Below are positions 51,832 through 60,833 of a DNA stretch of 64,000 nucleotides, piece by piece. The position numbers were made by a program, and so were the translations under genes. The notes beneath the pieces are model-generated. The model saw nothing but the letters and a program-made list of their open reading frames with translations, made no database searches and was not told the DNA's origin. The stretch is from an uncultured Candidatus Binatia bacterium (GTDB taxonomy: Bacteria; Desulfobacterota; Binatia; UBA9968; JAJDTQ01), in the NCBI GenBank assembly GCA_965213675.1, contig OZ243916.1, positions 1,344,001 to 1,408,000 of the forward strand. Direction: 5' to 3'. Every line of letters begins with the position of its first letter. The stretch's first letter is position 1.

Positions 51832-52703
51832 CGTTCCAGCGCCCGCGCCACTGCGCGCCTCACCAACACCGCCGCCAAGCGCCGCTGATACGCGGTGACC
51901 TCGGCGTGGGCCGGAAGCGCCGCCAACGCGTCCCCGGCGGCGCGGCCCGCCTCCTCCACCAGATCCCTCTGGCCCGCGGCATCCGTGCGCGCCACGCCCG
52001 CCCCGGCGACACGTTGCTCCACCACCCCGAGTCGCGCAGGCGTCCAGGCCGGCCCCGCTGCCACGACCCTAGCGCCGGTGCATGTGTCCGCGCCATACAG
52101 CACCACCGCCGCCTCGGCCAAGGCGAAGTCGCCGTGGCGCCGGCTGAACTCCACAAAGCTCGTTGATCGACGCGCGGGCGCCAGCGGAATGCGCGCTTCC
52201 ACCAGAATCTCGTCCGCCGCCAACGCGGTCTCGTAAGGACCCAGGAAGAAGTCGGCGGCGGCGATCACCCGTTCGCCTTCCGGCCCCGCTGCCACCAACG
52301 CCGCGTCCAGCGCGGTCATCACGCACGGCAACTCCGCCACCGGATCCGCGTGCGCCAGGCTTCCGCCGATGGTGCCGCGGTTGCGGATGGCGGGGTGGCC
52401 CACGTGCGTCAAGGCCTCCGCCAACAGCGGGCAACGCTCTGCCAACACCGTCGAGAACTCCGCCTCACGCTGGCGCGTCATGGCGCCAATACAAACCCAC
52501 GCGCCATCGTCGCGAATGTAGGACAGGCCCTCCACCTGATTGATGTCCACCACAGTCCCCGGGTGCGCCAGTCGGAGGTTGAGCAGCGGCACAAGACTCT
52601 GCCCGCCGGCCAACAACCGGGTGTCCCCGGGCGATTTTCCCAGAAGGTCCAGCGCTTCGGACAGGCTCCCTGGCGTGTGGTAACGGAACGGGGGTGGTTT
52701 CAT
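51816..52703 (-). CDS. FAD-binding medium subunit of Mo-hydroxylase (CoxM-like)
   Basis: MKPPPF.Y, LAGGQSL.P.LNLR, IRNRGTIGGSLAHADP, RRHGDFA. Confidence 0.92.
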   Translation of the reverse strand: MKPPPFRYHTPGSLSEALDLLGKSPGDTRLLAGGQSLVPLLNLRLAHPGTVVDINQVEGLSYIRDDGAWVCIGAMTRQREAEFSTVLAERCPLLAEALTHVGHPAIRNRGTIGGSLAHADPVAELPCVMTALDAALVAAGPEGERVIAAADFFLGPYETALAADEILVEARIPLAPARRSTSFVEFSRRHGDFALAEAAVVLYGADTCTGARVVAAGPAWTPARLGVVEQRVAGAGVARTDAAGQRDLVEEAGRAAGDALAALPAHAEVTAYQRRLAAVLVRRAVARALERWSRN

Positions 52704-52885
52704 GGAAAGACGCTCGCGTGTTGCTTGTAGAAGGAAGCCAGAAGGACATCCGCGAATGCACGCAACCGTAACGGTTCGGTCCGACCAACGTCAAGGGCAT
52801 ACCCCTCTCCAGCCCCCTTGCGTCGCCCGTTCCGATGGCGCGCCTCGTTTGCCTATGCCGTGCCCATCGGATACAGGGAACCGCC

Positions 52886-53749
52886 ATGCGCCCTGAAATC
52901 GTTCCTTTTCTTTCCGCCATGGGTTGGGCCGTGGACTCGATTCTGGTGCGCAAGGGCGCGCGCGCATCGAGCGTCCTGAGCGCCGCGTACATGAGCTATT
53001 TGGTGACCGCCGTGCTGATGTGGACGTACGTGGCCATCAACCTCCCTCTGTCCATCGTTCGCTCCCCCGCGGCGTTCTACTTCATGGCCAGTGGCACGCT
53101 TCAGCCTCTGCTGGCCCGAATTTTCCTCTACATCGGCATCGAGCGGCTGGGTGTCGCCCGGGCCATGCCGCTGCGCGGCATCGGACCGCTCTTTTCCGTG
53201 GCCATGGCCGTGGCCTTTCTCCACGAACGGCCGGTACCGGCGGTCTACCTGGGGGCATTGCTCATCGTCGCTGGAGGATGGCTCGTGCTCTACCGAAAGG
53301 ACGCCGCCAACTCCGACTGGCGGTTGGTGGACGCACTCTATCCGATGTTGGCGGCAGTGCTGGCGGGGATCTCACAAGTCCTTCGCAAGGCGGGTCTGCT
53401 CATCCTGCCCAATCCCTTCGTGGCCGGCGCCGTGACCACCGGCACGTCCCTCGTCATCTTCACACTCTACCTGTGTATCAAGCGGCAGTTCCCCGTGGTG
53501 ATCCCGAACCGCCAGAGCCTCCCCTACTTCGGGCCGTCGGCCTTCGTCTCGGCGATCTCACAGCTCCTGGTCTTCACCTCGCTGAACCTGGGCGATGTGT
53601 CGGTGATGATACCGCTGCTCAACACCACCCCGCTCTTCTCGCTCCTGTTCAGCATCATCTTTCTGAGGGATCTCGAGAAGGTCACGGCGCACATCGTCTT
53701 CGGCGCCCTGTCGTTATTGGGCGGCGTGATCCTCATCACCCTTCGGTAG
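52886..53749 (+). CDS. DMT/EamA family transporter
   Basis: About 10 TM segments in two EamA repeats (FLHER, IFLR..E.V). Confidence 0.85.
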   Translation: MRPEIVPFLSAMGWAVDSILVRKGARASSVLSAAYMSYLVTAVLMWTYVAINLPLSIVRSPAAFYFMASGTLQPLLARIFLYIGIERLGVARAMPLRGIGPLFSVAMAVAFLHERPVPAVYLGALLIVAGGWLVLYRKDAANSDWRLVDALYPMLAAVLAGISQVLRKAGLLILPNPFVAGAVTTGTSLVIFTLYLCIKRQFPVVIPNRQSLPYFGPSAFVSAISQLLVFTSLNLGDVSVMIPLLNTTPLFSLLFSIIFLRDLEKVTAHIVFGALSLLGGVILITLR

Positions 53750-53989
53750 CCCTCGGAAAGAACCGCAGAGAACCGCGCGGGAGCAGGCCCCGTCATCCCT
53801 TGCCCGCCTCACAAATATGGCGGCGCCACGCGTTGACACGTGGGCACCCAGACAATACTTTCATGATCGATTCAAATTAAATCGGACAACCAAGGCTAAT
53901 GTCCCCGCGGAATGCGCCGATGAGACCAGAAGAGAGGCAAAGGACGAGAACGCGGCCTCAGAAAAGTTCGGCAAACTTGGGGAGTGGGC

Positions 53990-54220
53990 ATGAACGGTGA
54001 AATCTTCACGATTATAGGAGTCGGCATGGCACTCGGCCTGTTCATCTGGCGCGTCAGTGCGCGACTGGACGGCCGGATTGATCGTTTGGAAGCTCGATTT
54101 GACGGGCGGATTGATCGGATTTACGGACGACTTGATGGCTTGGTGCACGAGATGCACGAACTGGCGCGGGAGTTTGCGGAACTACGGGGGGAACTCCGCA
54201 AGGAACATGCGTCAAGTTGA
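53990..54220 (+). CDS. small membrane-anchored coiled-coil protein with 11-aa repeats
   Basis: GGAG RBS; TM helix then LDGRIDRLEAR/FDGRIDRIYGR/LDGLVHEMHEL. Confidence 0.65.
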   Translation: MNGEIFTIIGVGMALGLFIWRVSARLDGRIDRLEARFDGRIDRIYGRLDGLVHEMHELAREFAELRGELRKEHASS

Positions 54221-55201
54221 AACACCGGATGCCTGGTCCACTCGGTTCCGACCCTCGCCACGGCGGAAGGCCTGGATGTTCTCGAACACCTCGTCCAGCA
54301 GCCGTTGACGCGCCTCGCGTGCGGCCCAGGCGCAGTGAGGGGTGATGAGCAGATTATCCAGCCGCGCTGCGGCTTCCATCATGAGGTGGCCCTCATCCGG
54401 CGGCTCCTGGGAGATCACATCCAGGGCCGCGCCCGCGATCCGGCCCTGTTCCAGCGCCTCGATGAGGGCCGGCTCATCCACCAGGCCGCCACGGGCCGTA
54501 TTGACCAGGTAGGCGCCAGGCTTCATGAGCGACAGCGTGCGCGGGTTGACGAGCCCCTGGGTCAGCGGTGTCAGCGGGCAGTGCAGACTCACGATGTCGG
54601 CTCGCCTCCACACATCATCCACCGGCGACCGGCCCGGCCCCGGGCGTTTGTCTCCCACCCGTCCAGCCACCATCACTTCCAGTCCGAAGACCCGGGCCAT
54701 CTCCGCCACCTTGCGCCCGATGTTGCCGTAACCGACGATGCCCAGCACCCGCCCATGCAACTCGAAGCTCGGGTAGTCGTGGCGGGTGAAGATGGTGCTC
54801 TCCTGCCAGTGGCCCATGCGGGTCCCTTGGGCATACCGGGCCGCTTGGGTAGCCAACTCCAGGATCAGCGACAGGGTGAACTGGGCCACCGACGCGGTGG
54901 CGTAGCCCGGCACGTTGCACACGGCGATGCCGCGCTCTCGCGCGCACGCAATATCGACATTGTCGGTGCCGGTGGCGCCCACGGCAATGAGCTGGAGCCG
55001 CGCCGCCGAAGCGTGCTCCAGCCGCGGCCGGTCGAGAGAGAGCTTGTTGATCACCACGCAGTCGCGGTTCGCCAGACGCTCGGGCAGCTCGTCCGCGTCG
55101 GTCAATTCGTGTACCTCGCACCCGCCGGCCGCCTCGAACCGGTGCAGGGAGATGACGCCGAAGGTCGCCGCGTCCAGAAACGCGGTGCGGAACGCGCTCA
55201 C
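54212..55201 (-). CDS. D-2-hydroxyacid dehydrogenase (glycerate dehydrogenase/HprA-like)
   Basis: ATGTDNVD, CNVPGY, GYGNIG, LHCPLT, NTARGGL, TPHCAW. Confidence 0.9.
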   Translation of the reverse strand: MSAFRTAFLDAATFGVISLHRFEAAGGCEVHELTDADELPERLANRDCVVINKLSLDRPRLEHASAARLQLIAVGATGTDNVDIACARERGIAVCNVPGYATASVAQFTLSLILELATQAARYAQGTRMGHWQESTIFTRHDYPSFELHGRVLGIVGYGNIGRKVAEMARVFGLEVMVAGRVGDKRPGPGRSPVDDVWRRADIVSLHCPLTPLTQGLVNPRTLSLMKPGAYLVNTARGGLVDEPALIEALEQGRIAGAALDVISQEPPDEGHLMMEAAARLDNLLITPHCAWAAREARQRLLDEVFENIQAFRRGEGRNRVDQASGVST

Positions 55202-55716
55202 GACCGGCCCTCGTCCTCGGGTCCGGTCTCGTCCTGGAAGTACGGCACTTCGGTTCCCGTCTTGTAGATGCCCCGGAACGGCCTTGGTTCGGACGCCCCC
55301 GGACCGGCGTAGACCCCGACCTTGCCGGAGTCGGGATAGTGCACGATGTCGGGATACTGCATGGTGCTGACGCACAGGTAGCGCAGGTCCGCGTCCGAGG
55401 TGTTCACGAGCTGGTGACTCATCCCCGCACCTCCCGGACAGGCGATGAACGTCCCGGCGCGCACCGCCACGGTCTCGCCGCCGAACCGCAGGCTCCCCGC
55501 GCCCTCGAGAATGTAGATCAGCTCTTCGTTGAGGGTGTGGGCGTGAAGCGGAAACGCGGTCTTGCCCGGTGGCACGGTGAAGAGCCCGTAACCGAGCTTC
55601 TGCGCGCCCGCGGCGAGACCGACGCGCTGCCGTGTCCCGCCGAACGAAGTGCCTTCGGGCGACGGCAACGCTTCCTCGGGGACTTCTGACACATGCACGA
55701 TATGCTTGTGGCTCAT
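55198..55716 (-). CDS. cupin domain protein
   Basis: VPPGK..P.HAH..EE.IYILEG.G, HQLVN, YPDSGK. Confidence 0.88.
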   Translation of the reverse strand: MSHKHIVHVSEVPEEALPSPEGTSFGGTRQRVGLAAGAQKLGYGLFTVPPGKTAFPLHAHTLNEELIYILEGAGSLRFGGETVAVRAGTFIACPGGAGMSHQLVNTSDADLRYLCVSTMQYPDIVHYPDSGKVGVYAGPGASEPRPFRGIYKTGTEVPYFQDETGPEDEGRS

Positions 55717-55941
55717 CGGTAATCCTCCTTCCGACAGCATACGGTTCGCGTGATCGGACTCAGGGCGCATGAAACACGACCCGGGAGAGGCACGGCCCGG
55801 GCTGCTGTACGACTCCCTCGACTCCAGGAGCCTGCGGTGCGGGTTCCTGGCCGCGTGTCCGGTATCGTCCCTTCGCATGGTAGATAGATGCCGAGGAGTC
55901 ATCATGCGAGTGAATTGGACAGGCTTCCAGGAGCTTGCGCC

Positions 55942-56577
55942 ATGAGCATCCTGTTCGCTTACGCCATGGGGTTTTCCGTGGCCTCCATGCCCGGCCCCAT
56001 CCTGGCGCTCATCACCACCGAGACGCTGCGCCGGGGCGCCTGGCCGGGGGCGCAGACGGCCTTGGCGCCCATGTGCGTGGATGCCTGCGTCATGCTGCCG
56101 CTGGTGATGGCGCTCCATTCCGCCATTCCCGCCGGGGCCGGCGCCATGGCCATGGGCATGGGCGGCGGCGCGTTTCTCCTCTGGCTCGGATTCCAGTCCC
56201 TCCGGGCCGGGTCGGCGCCCGAGGCCAGCGGCCGTCAGCGCGGCGCGCGGAGCCTTCCCCCCTTCCTCAAGAGCGTTCTCACTCACCTCATGAATCCCTA
56301 TGCCTACATCTTCTGGGGGACGGTGGGTTTCGGCTTCGTGCGCGCGGGCTTCGCAAGCCAGGGCGTTCAGGGAGCGCTGTCGTTTCCCGTGGGCTTCTGG
56401 CTCGGGGCCGGCACCCTGAACTTCCTGGTGGTGTACCTGGTCAGTCGCGGGCGGCGCTACCTGCCGCCACGACTCGAGCCCCACGTACACGTCCTTTCCG
56501 GACTCCTGTTGATGGGGGCGGGCGTCTTCCTCGTGTGGGCCGTATCCACGGATTACGTCCAGGGCTCTGCGCGGTAG
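55942..56577 (+). CDS. LysE/RhtB family exporter
   Basis: PGP...TLRRG, NPY..FW, six TM segments. Confidence 0.85.
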   Translation: MSILFAYAMGFSVASMPGPILALITTETLRRGAWPGAQTALAPMCVDACVMLPLVMALHSAIPAGAGAMAMGMGGGAFLLWLGFQSLRAGSAPEASGRQRGARSLPPFLKSVLTHLMNPYAYIFWGTVGFGFVRAGFASQGVQGALSFPVGFWLGAGTLNFLVVYLVSRGRRYLPPRLEPHVHVLSGLLLMGAGVFLVWAVSTDYVQGSAR

Positions 56578-56634
56578 AAGTCCGCATGAGAGTCCATGGG
56601 GTTTCGGAACAACGTCCTGGCGCCCTTTCCGGCT

Positions 56635-57462
56635 TCACCGGCGGCTCTTCTTCATCTCACCGGCGGCCTTGGCCTCCTCCCAAAGCGCATCCATCTCCTC
56701 GAAGGAAGCCTGATCCACCGTCTGGCCCCGTTCCGCAAGCGCGCGCTCGATGTGGGCGAAGCGCTGGTGGAAGCGCTGGAGGGCGCCTTCCAGCGCCTCT
56801 TCCGCCTGCACCTTCAGGAATCGGCCCAGGTTGACCACCGAGAACAGCAGGTCCCCGAGCTCCGCTTCCACCCGGTCCGCCACTCCGCCGCTGGCCGCCT
56901 CGCGCAATTCCTCCAGTTCTTCCTCCACCTTGCGCCACACCGGCTCCACATGCGGCCAATCGAACCCGACGCTCGCGGCCTTGTCGCCGATGCGTTGAGC
57001 GCGCGCCAAGGCCGGCATGGCCCGCGGCACCGACGTGAACAGCGAGTGGCCCTGCGCGCCGGACGACGGTTTCTCCCGCGCCTTGATCTTCTCCCAGTTG
57101 CGCAACACCGCGCCGGCGTCACTCGCGCGCTCGTCGCCAAAGACGTGGGGATGCCGCCGCACCAGCTTGTCGCGCAGGCCGATCATCACGTCCTCCACGG
57201 CGAAACGCCCATCCTCGCTGGCCATCTGCGCGTGGAACAGCACTTGCAGCAGCACGTCTCCGAGTTCTTCCCGGATGCCCGCGGCATCGTCCTCATCGAT
57301 GGCTTCCAAAAGCTCGTAGGTCTCCTCCACCGCGTAGCGCTTGAGCGACGCGTGGGTCTGCTCCCGGTCCCACGGGCAACCGCCCTCGCCGCGCAAACGC
57401 GCCATCACCCCGACCAACTCCTCGAACAGTTCGCCGGTGTTCTTTCGCTTGCCGCCGCTCAC
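56635..57462 (-). CDS. mazG: nucleoside triphosphate pyrophosphohydrolase
   Basis: GCPWDREQT..SL..Y..EE.YE, EELGDVL.Q, RRHPHVFG, GFDW, ELGDLLF. Confidence 0.95.
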   Translation of the reverse strand: MSGGKRKNTGELFEELVGVMARLRGEGGCPWDREQTHASLKRYAVEETYELLEAIDEDDAAGIREELGDVLLQVLFHAQMASEDGRFAVEDVMIGLRDKLVRRHPHVFGDERASDAGAVLRNWEKIKAREKPSSGAQGHSLFTSVPRAMPALARAQRIGDKAASVGFDWPHVEPVWRKVEEELEELREAASGGVADRVEAELGDLLFSVVNLGRFLKVQAEEALEGALQRFHQRFAHIERALAERGQTVDQASFEEMDALWEEAKAAGEMKKSRR

Positions 57463-57604
57463 GCGCGCACCGCCCGGCCTGGTCTCGCCTCCCGTGTCAC
57501 CACGCAATCCATGAAACCGCGGCTCCGGGGCGCCCGGCGCTGCTTCGCCCCGCGCCCGGGGCGTCGCGGCGCCAAGACGGAGGGCGGCTCCGCGGCTCCC
57601 TCGC

Positions 57605-58000
57605 TCATGGCTCTTCCTCACGAGGCGCGCCGACCCAGCCGGTGTCCGACACGTCGATTTCCTGCTCTTCCGGCCCGGTGACCTTCACCTCGAAGTAGGG
57701 CTGGGGACGGGACGGATCGGTGGGACGAATCCGCGCCATGTCCGTGAGCTGCCCGCCGCCCAACCGGGCGACCCGTCCCACCGCCTCTTCGAGGTTGTCC
57801 ACCTGGAACCCGAAATGGTCCACGCCCGCCGGCGACGTGGGGGTCTTGAGCTTCAGGATCGCCAGGTTGATATGGCCGTCGGAGAGATACACGCCATTCA
57901 GCCCCTTACCCACCTCCTCGAGATCAAACGCTTCCTTGTAGAAGGCCGCGGTCCTTGCCACGTCCCCGGTCCTGACCGCAATGTGCTTGAGTCGCGCCAT
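57605..58000 (-). CDS. VOC/glyoxalase family protein
   Basis: LKHIAV...TAAFY, YLSDG..NLA, HFGFQV. Confidence 0.88.
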   Translation of the reverse strand: MARLKHIAVRTGDVARTAAFYKEAFDLEEVGKGLNGVYLSDGHINLAILKLKTPTSPAGVDHFGFQVDNLEEAVGRVARLGGGQLTDMARIRPTDPSRPQPYFEVKVTGPEEQEIDVSDTGWVGAPREEEP

Positions 58001-58160
58001 GGAAGTTCCTCCTGTGTTCGCCTGTCGCCCGGAAATCCGATCACAATCTACAGGAAATGACTGTCCGTTGCATTCCACGCGACCCCGCGGCAACTCACTC
58101 GACTCCGCAGCCCGGCGGGCGCTCACAAACACGCTCGCGAAACGCTAGACTCGATACTCC

Positions 58161-59387
58161 ATGAACTTCGGGCGCCACGGCATTTCCATTTCCGTTTTCT
58201 GGTTCACCTTCTTCGGGGCCCTGGGCGTCTTCTTCCCCTACTACAGCCTCTACCTCAAGGAGAACGCGGGCCTTACCGGCATCCAGCTCGGGATGGTCCT
58301 ATCGGTGACGCCCCTCGTGGGCATCGTGGCCCAACCCTTCTGGGGTCAGGTAGCGGACCGCACCGGCGTCCGCGGCCAGCTCGCGGCGTTCCTCTCCCTG
58401 ATGGCGGCCGCGGGGTTCGTGCTGCTGGGGCTGGCCCACGGGTTCGTCCTCATTCTCCTGGCGGCCATCTTCCTGGCGTTCTTCTCAACGCCGGTGATTC
58501 CGTTGTCGGTTTCCGTGGCCCTCGCCGCCTTTCGCCACTCGGGACCCCACGCCTACGGCTTCGCCCGGGCGTGGGGCACGGTGGGCTTTCTCGCCTCGGT
58601 GCTGGTCTTCCCGCTGGCGCTGGACCAAGTGCAGCAATGGCGCGGGCTGGTGGCTGCGGCGGGAGGGCCTTCGGAGCCCGGCCTTTGGGTCATGTTCCTG
58701 GGGACGGCGGGTATCGTGCTCGTGGCCGCGGCCATCGGCCTTGCCCTGCCGCGGGAGGGTCTGGCCGCACAACGGGCGGGCCGCGGCGAGTGGCGCGTGC
58801 TGCTGCGACGCGGCCCCATGCGCCGCATGCTCGTGTTCGCCTTCTGCGCCTACCTCTTCGTCACTGGCCCCATGGGGCTCCTGCCGGTCTACGTCCGTGC
58901 CCAGGGCGGCACCCTGGAAACGGTGCAGTACATGTGGATCCTGATGCTCATCGTGGAGATCCCCCTGATCCTGTGCACGGGCATGGGCCTCAAACGCATC
59001 GGCGCCCGCGGGCTCCTGGCCGCGGGGGTGCTGGCCGGCGGCATCCGCTGGACCGTGTGCGGCCTCACCGCCAACCCTTACTGGATCTATCCGGTGCAAA
59101 TGCTTCACGGCGTGATGGTGACGGGCCTGATGATGGGTGGGCCGCTGTACGTGGACCGGATCGCCCCGGGGCGGCTCCGTTCCACTGCCCAGGGCCTGGT
59201 GGCCATGGTGGGACTCGGGCTGGGCGGCATCGCGTCCAACACCGCAGCGGGCTGGATCCTCGACCACTTCGGCGCCAACGCGCCCTATCTTGCCGGCGGC
59301 ACCGGCGCCCTGGTGGTCGGGCTCGCGATCCACTGGATCCTGCCGCCCGTGGCCCACGACGACGAGACGCCGGAGACACCACACTAG
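58161..59387 (+). CDS. MFS transporter (NupG/HcaT-like)
   Basis: PYYSLYL, WGQVADR, YG..RAWGTVG, QMLHG, RSTAQG. Confidence 0.88.
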   Translation: MNFGRHGISISVFWFTFFGALGVFFPYYSLYLKENAGLTGIQLGMVLSVTPLVGIVAQPFWGQVADRTGVRGQLAAFLSLMAAAGFVLLGLAHGFVLILLAAIFLAFFSTPVIPLSVSVALAAFRHSGPHAYGFARAWGTVGFLASVLVFPLALDQVQQWRGLVAAAGGPSEPGLWVMFLGTAGIVLVAAAIGLALPREGLAAQRAGRGEWRVLLRRGPMRRMLVFAFCAYLFVTGPMGLLPVYVRAQGGTLETVQYMWILMLIVEIPLILCTGMGLKRIGARGLLAAGVLAGGIRWTVCGLTANPYWIYPVQMLHGVMVTGLMMGGPLYVDRIAPGRLRSTAQGLVAMVGLGLGGIASNTAAGWILDHFGANAPYLAGGTGALVVGLAIHWILPPVAHDDETPETPH

Positions 59388-59505
59388 GAACCTGCGCCGC
59401 AGGACTTCACGGCTGCAAATCCGCTCTCATCCGTCCCTTCGGCCGTCCCCAACGGTTCACGCTGGTTCATGCCGTAGCAAGGAGAACCTGCCGGGGCAGC
59501 CACAA

Positions 59506-60471
59506 TCAGGCGAGCTTGACCAGCTTCTGCAGGCTGCGCATTTCCCGCGGCGGGTCGAGCCGCCGGCCCATGATGGTCCAGGAAACCTCTGCGACGTAGA
59601 GGTTGCGGTTCGAATCCAGGCACATGCCGTGGGGCGCGATGAACTGACCCGGTCCCTCGCCCATGACCGGATCGCCGAAGCGCGCCAGCTCGATGCCGCC
59701 GGCGTCGCGGATGACGATGCGGTGGCCGATGTTGGGGTACGCGCCGTTCTGGGATGTGCCTGGACCCAGTTCGCCAATGTAGCAGACGGGCTTGGCGCCG
59801 TTGCCGAGGTTCTCCATGTAGAGCGCGCACGGGCGGTGCAGGTTGTCGCACCACTGGGTCTCGAAGCGCCCCTTGCCGTCGAACACCTGGATGCGGTGGT
59901 TCTCCCGATCCGCCACGTACACCCAGCCGTCGGCGTCGGTGCAGATGTTGTGCACCAGGTTGAACTGGCCGGGGTCGGTGCCGGGCTCGCCCCAGGAGAA
60001 CAGGAACTTGCCGTCCGGCGCATACTTGTGCACCCGCGAGTTGCCGTAGCCGTCCGAGACGTAGATGTCGCCACCGGGCGAGAACGCCACGTGGGTGCAC
60101 CGGTTGAAAGGGTCGCCCTGTTGAAACGCGGCCGCCTTGCCCGGCACGCCGAGGGTCATGAGCACCTTGCCGTCCAGGGTGCACTTGCGCACCGTGTGGT
60201 CGCCGTCATCGGTCAGAAAGACGGTCCCGTCCTCCTGCCCCATGGTGACTCCGTGGGCGCGGGTAAACACCCCCTCGCCCCACGTGCGCAGGAAGCGCCC
60301 GTCCTTGTCGAACACGATCATCGGGTGCTCGCCCCGGGTGAAGCAGTAGACGTTGTCGCGCGCGTCCACGCCCACGCCGGCCACTTCCTTGAAACTCATG
60401 CCGTCAGGCAATTGCGCCCAGCCGTCCTGCGCCTCGTAGCGAAAGTCGCCGCTGCCCAGTGTCGTTGTCAT
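59506..60471 (-). CDS. NHL-repeat beta-propeller (peptidyl-alpha-hydroxyglycine alpha-amidating lyase-like)
   Basis: IYVSDGYGNSRVHK, PGQFN..H, YVADRENHRIQVFD, GQFIAPHG. Confidence 0.88.
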   Translation of the reverse strand: MTTTLGSGDFRYEAQDGWAQLPDGMSFKEVAGVGVDARDNVYCFTRGEHPMIVFDKDGRFLRTWGEGVFTRAHGVTMGQEDGTVFLTDDGDHTVRKCTLDGKVLMTLGVPGKAAAFQQGDPFNRCTHVAFSPGGDIYVSDGYGNSRVHKYAPDGKFLFSWGEPGTDPGQFNLVHNICTDADGWVYVADRENHRIQVFDGKGRFETQWCDNLHRPCALYMENLGNGAKPVCYIGELGPGTSQNGAYPNIGHRIVIRDAGGIELARFGDPVMGEGPGQFIAPHGMCLDSNRNLYVAEVSWTIMGRRLDPPREMRSLQKLVKLA

Positions 60472-60559
60472 GACCAATCTCTCACTTTCTTCTCAGCCGT
60501 GCCGAACTGTCTCGTGGACCCGATGGGGCAAAACTCACTCCCGAGCAACTTGGCCACGG

Positions 60560-60710
60560 ACGTTGAAATGTTGACAAAGAAGTGGAGGATTTTTTGTTGC
60601 CGGCAAGGCGCGATGACGAGCAGTGGCGGTTACCACGCGAGGAAGAGCAACGCGCTCGACGACGAAAAAGACCGGCAGATTTGTCAACATTTACGCGAGA
60701 CACGACACTA
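60560..60710. repeat. palindromic MITE/RPE-like intergenic element
   Basis: Perfect 13-bp IR AAATGTTGACAAA (60566-60578) / TTTGTCAACATTT (60680-60692); internal GTGG..CCAC hairpin; end GAGACACGACACTA. Confidence 0.6.
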
Positions 60711-60833
60711 TCTCCTTTGACCGCCAACAGCAACGGATGCGGCTTTCCGTCCGTGCGCCATGTCATTCCATGTACGGTGACCCATGGGCCATCGCGGCTT
60801 GAACAATCACACCGCGCCGTCTAGTATCGCCCG

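Noticed and set aside
48632-52703. Aerobic CO dehydrogenase (coxMSL)
   Set aside because: Active-site loop is ANRGIG, not AYRCSFR; no coxDEFG nearby
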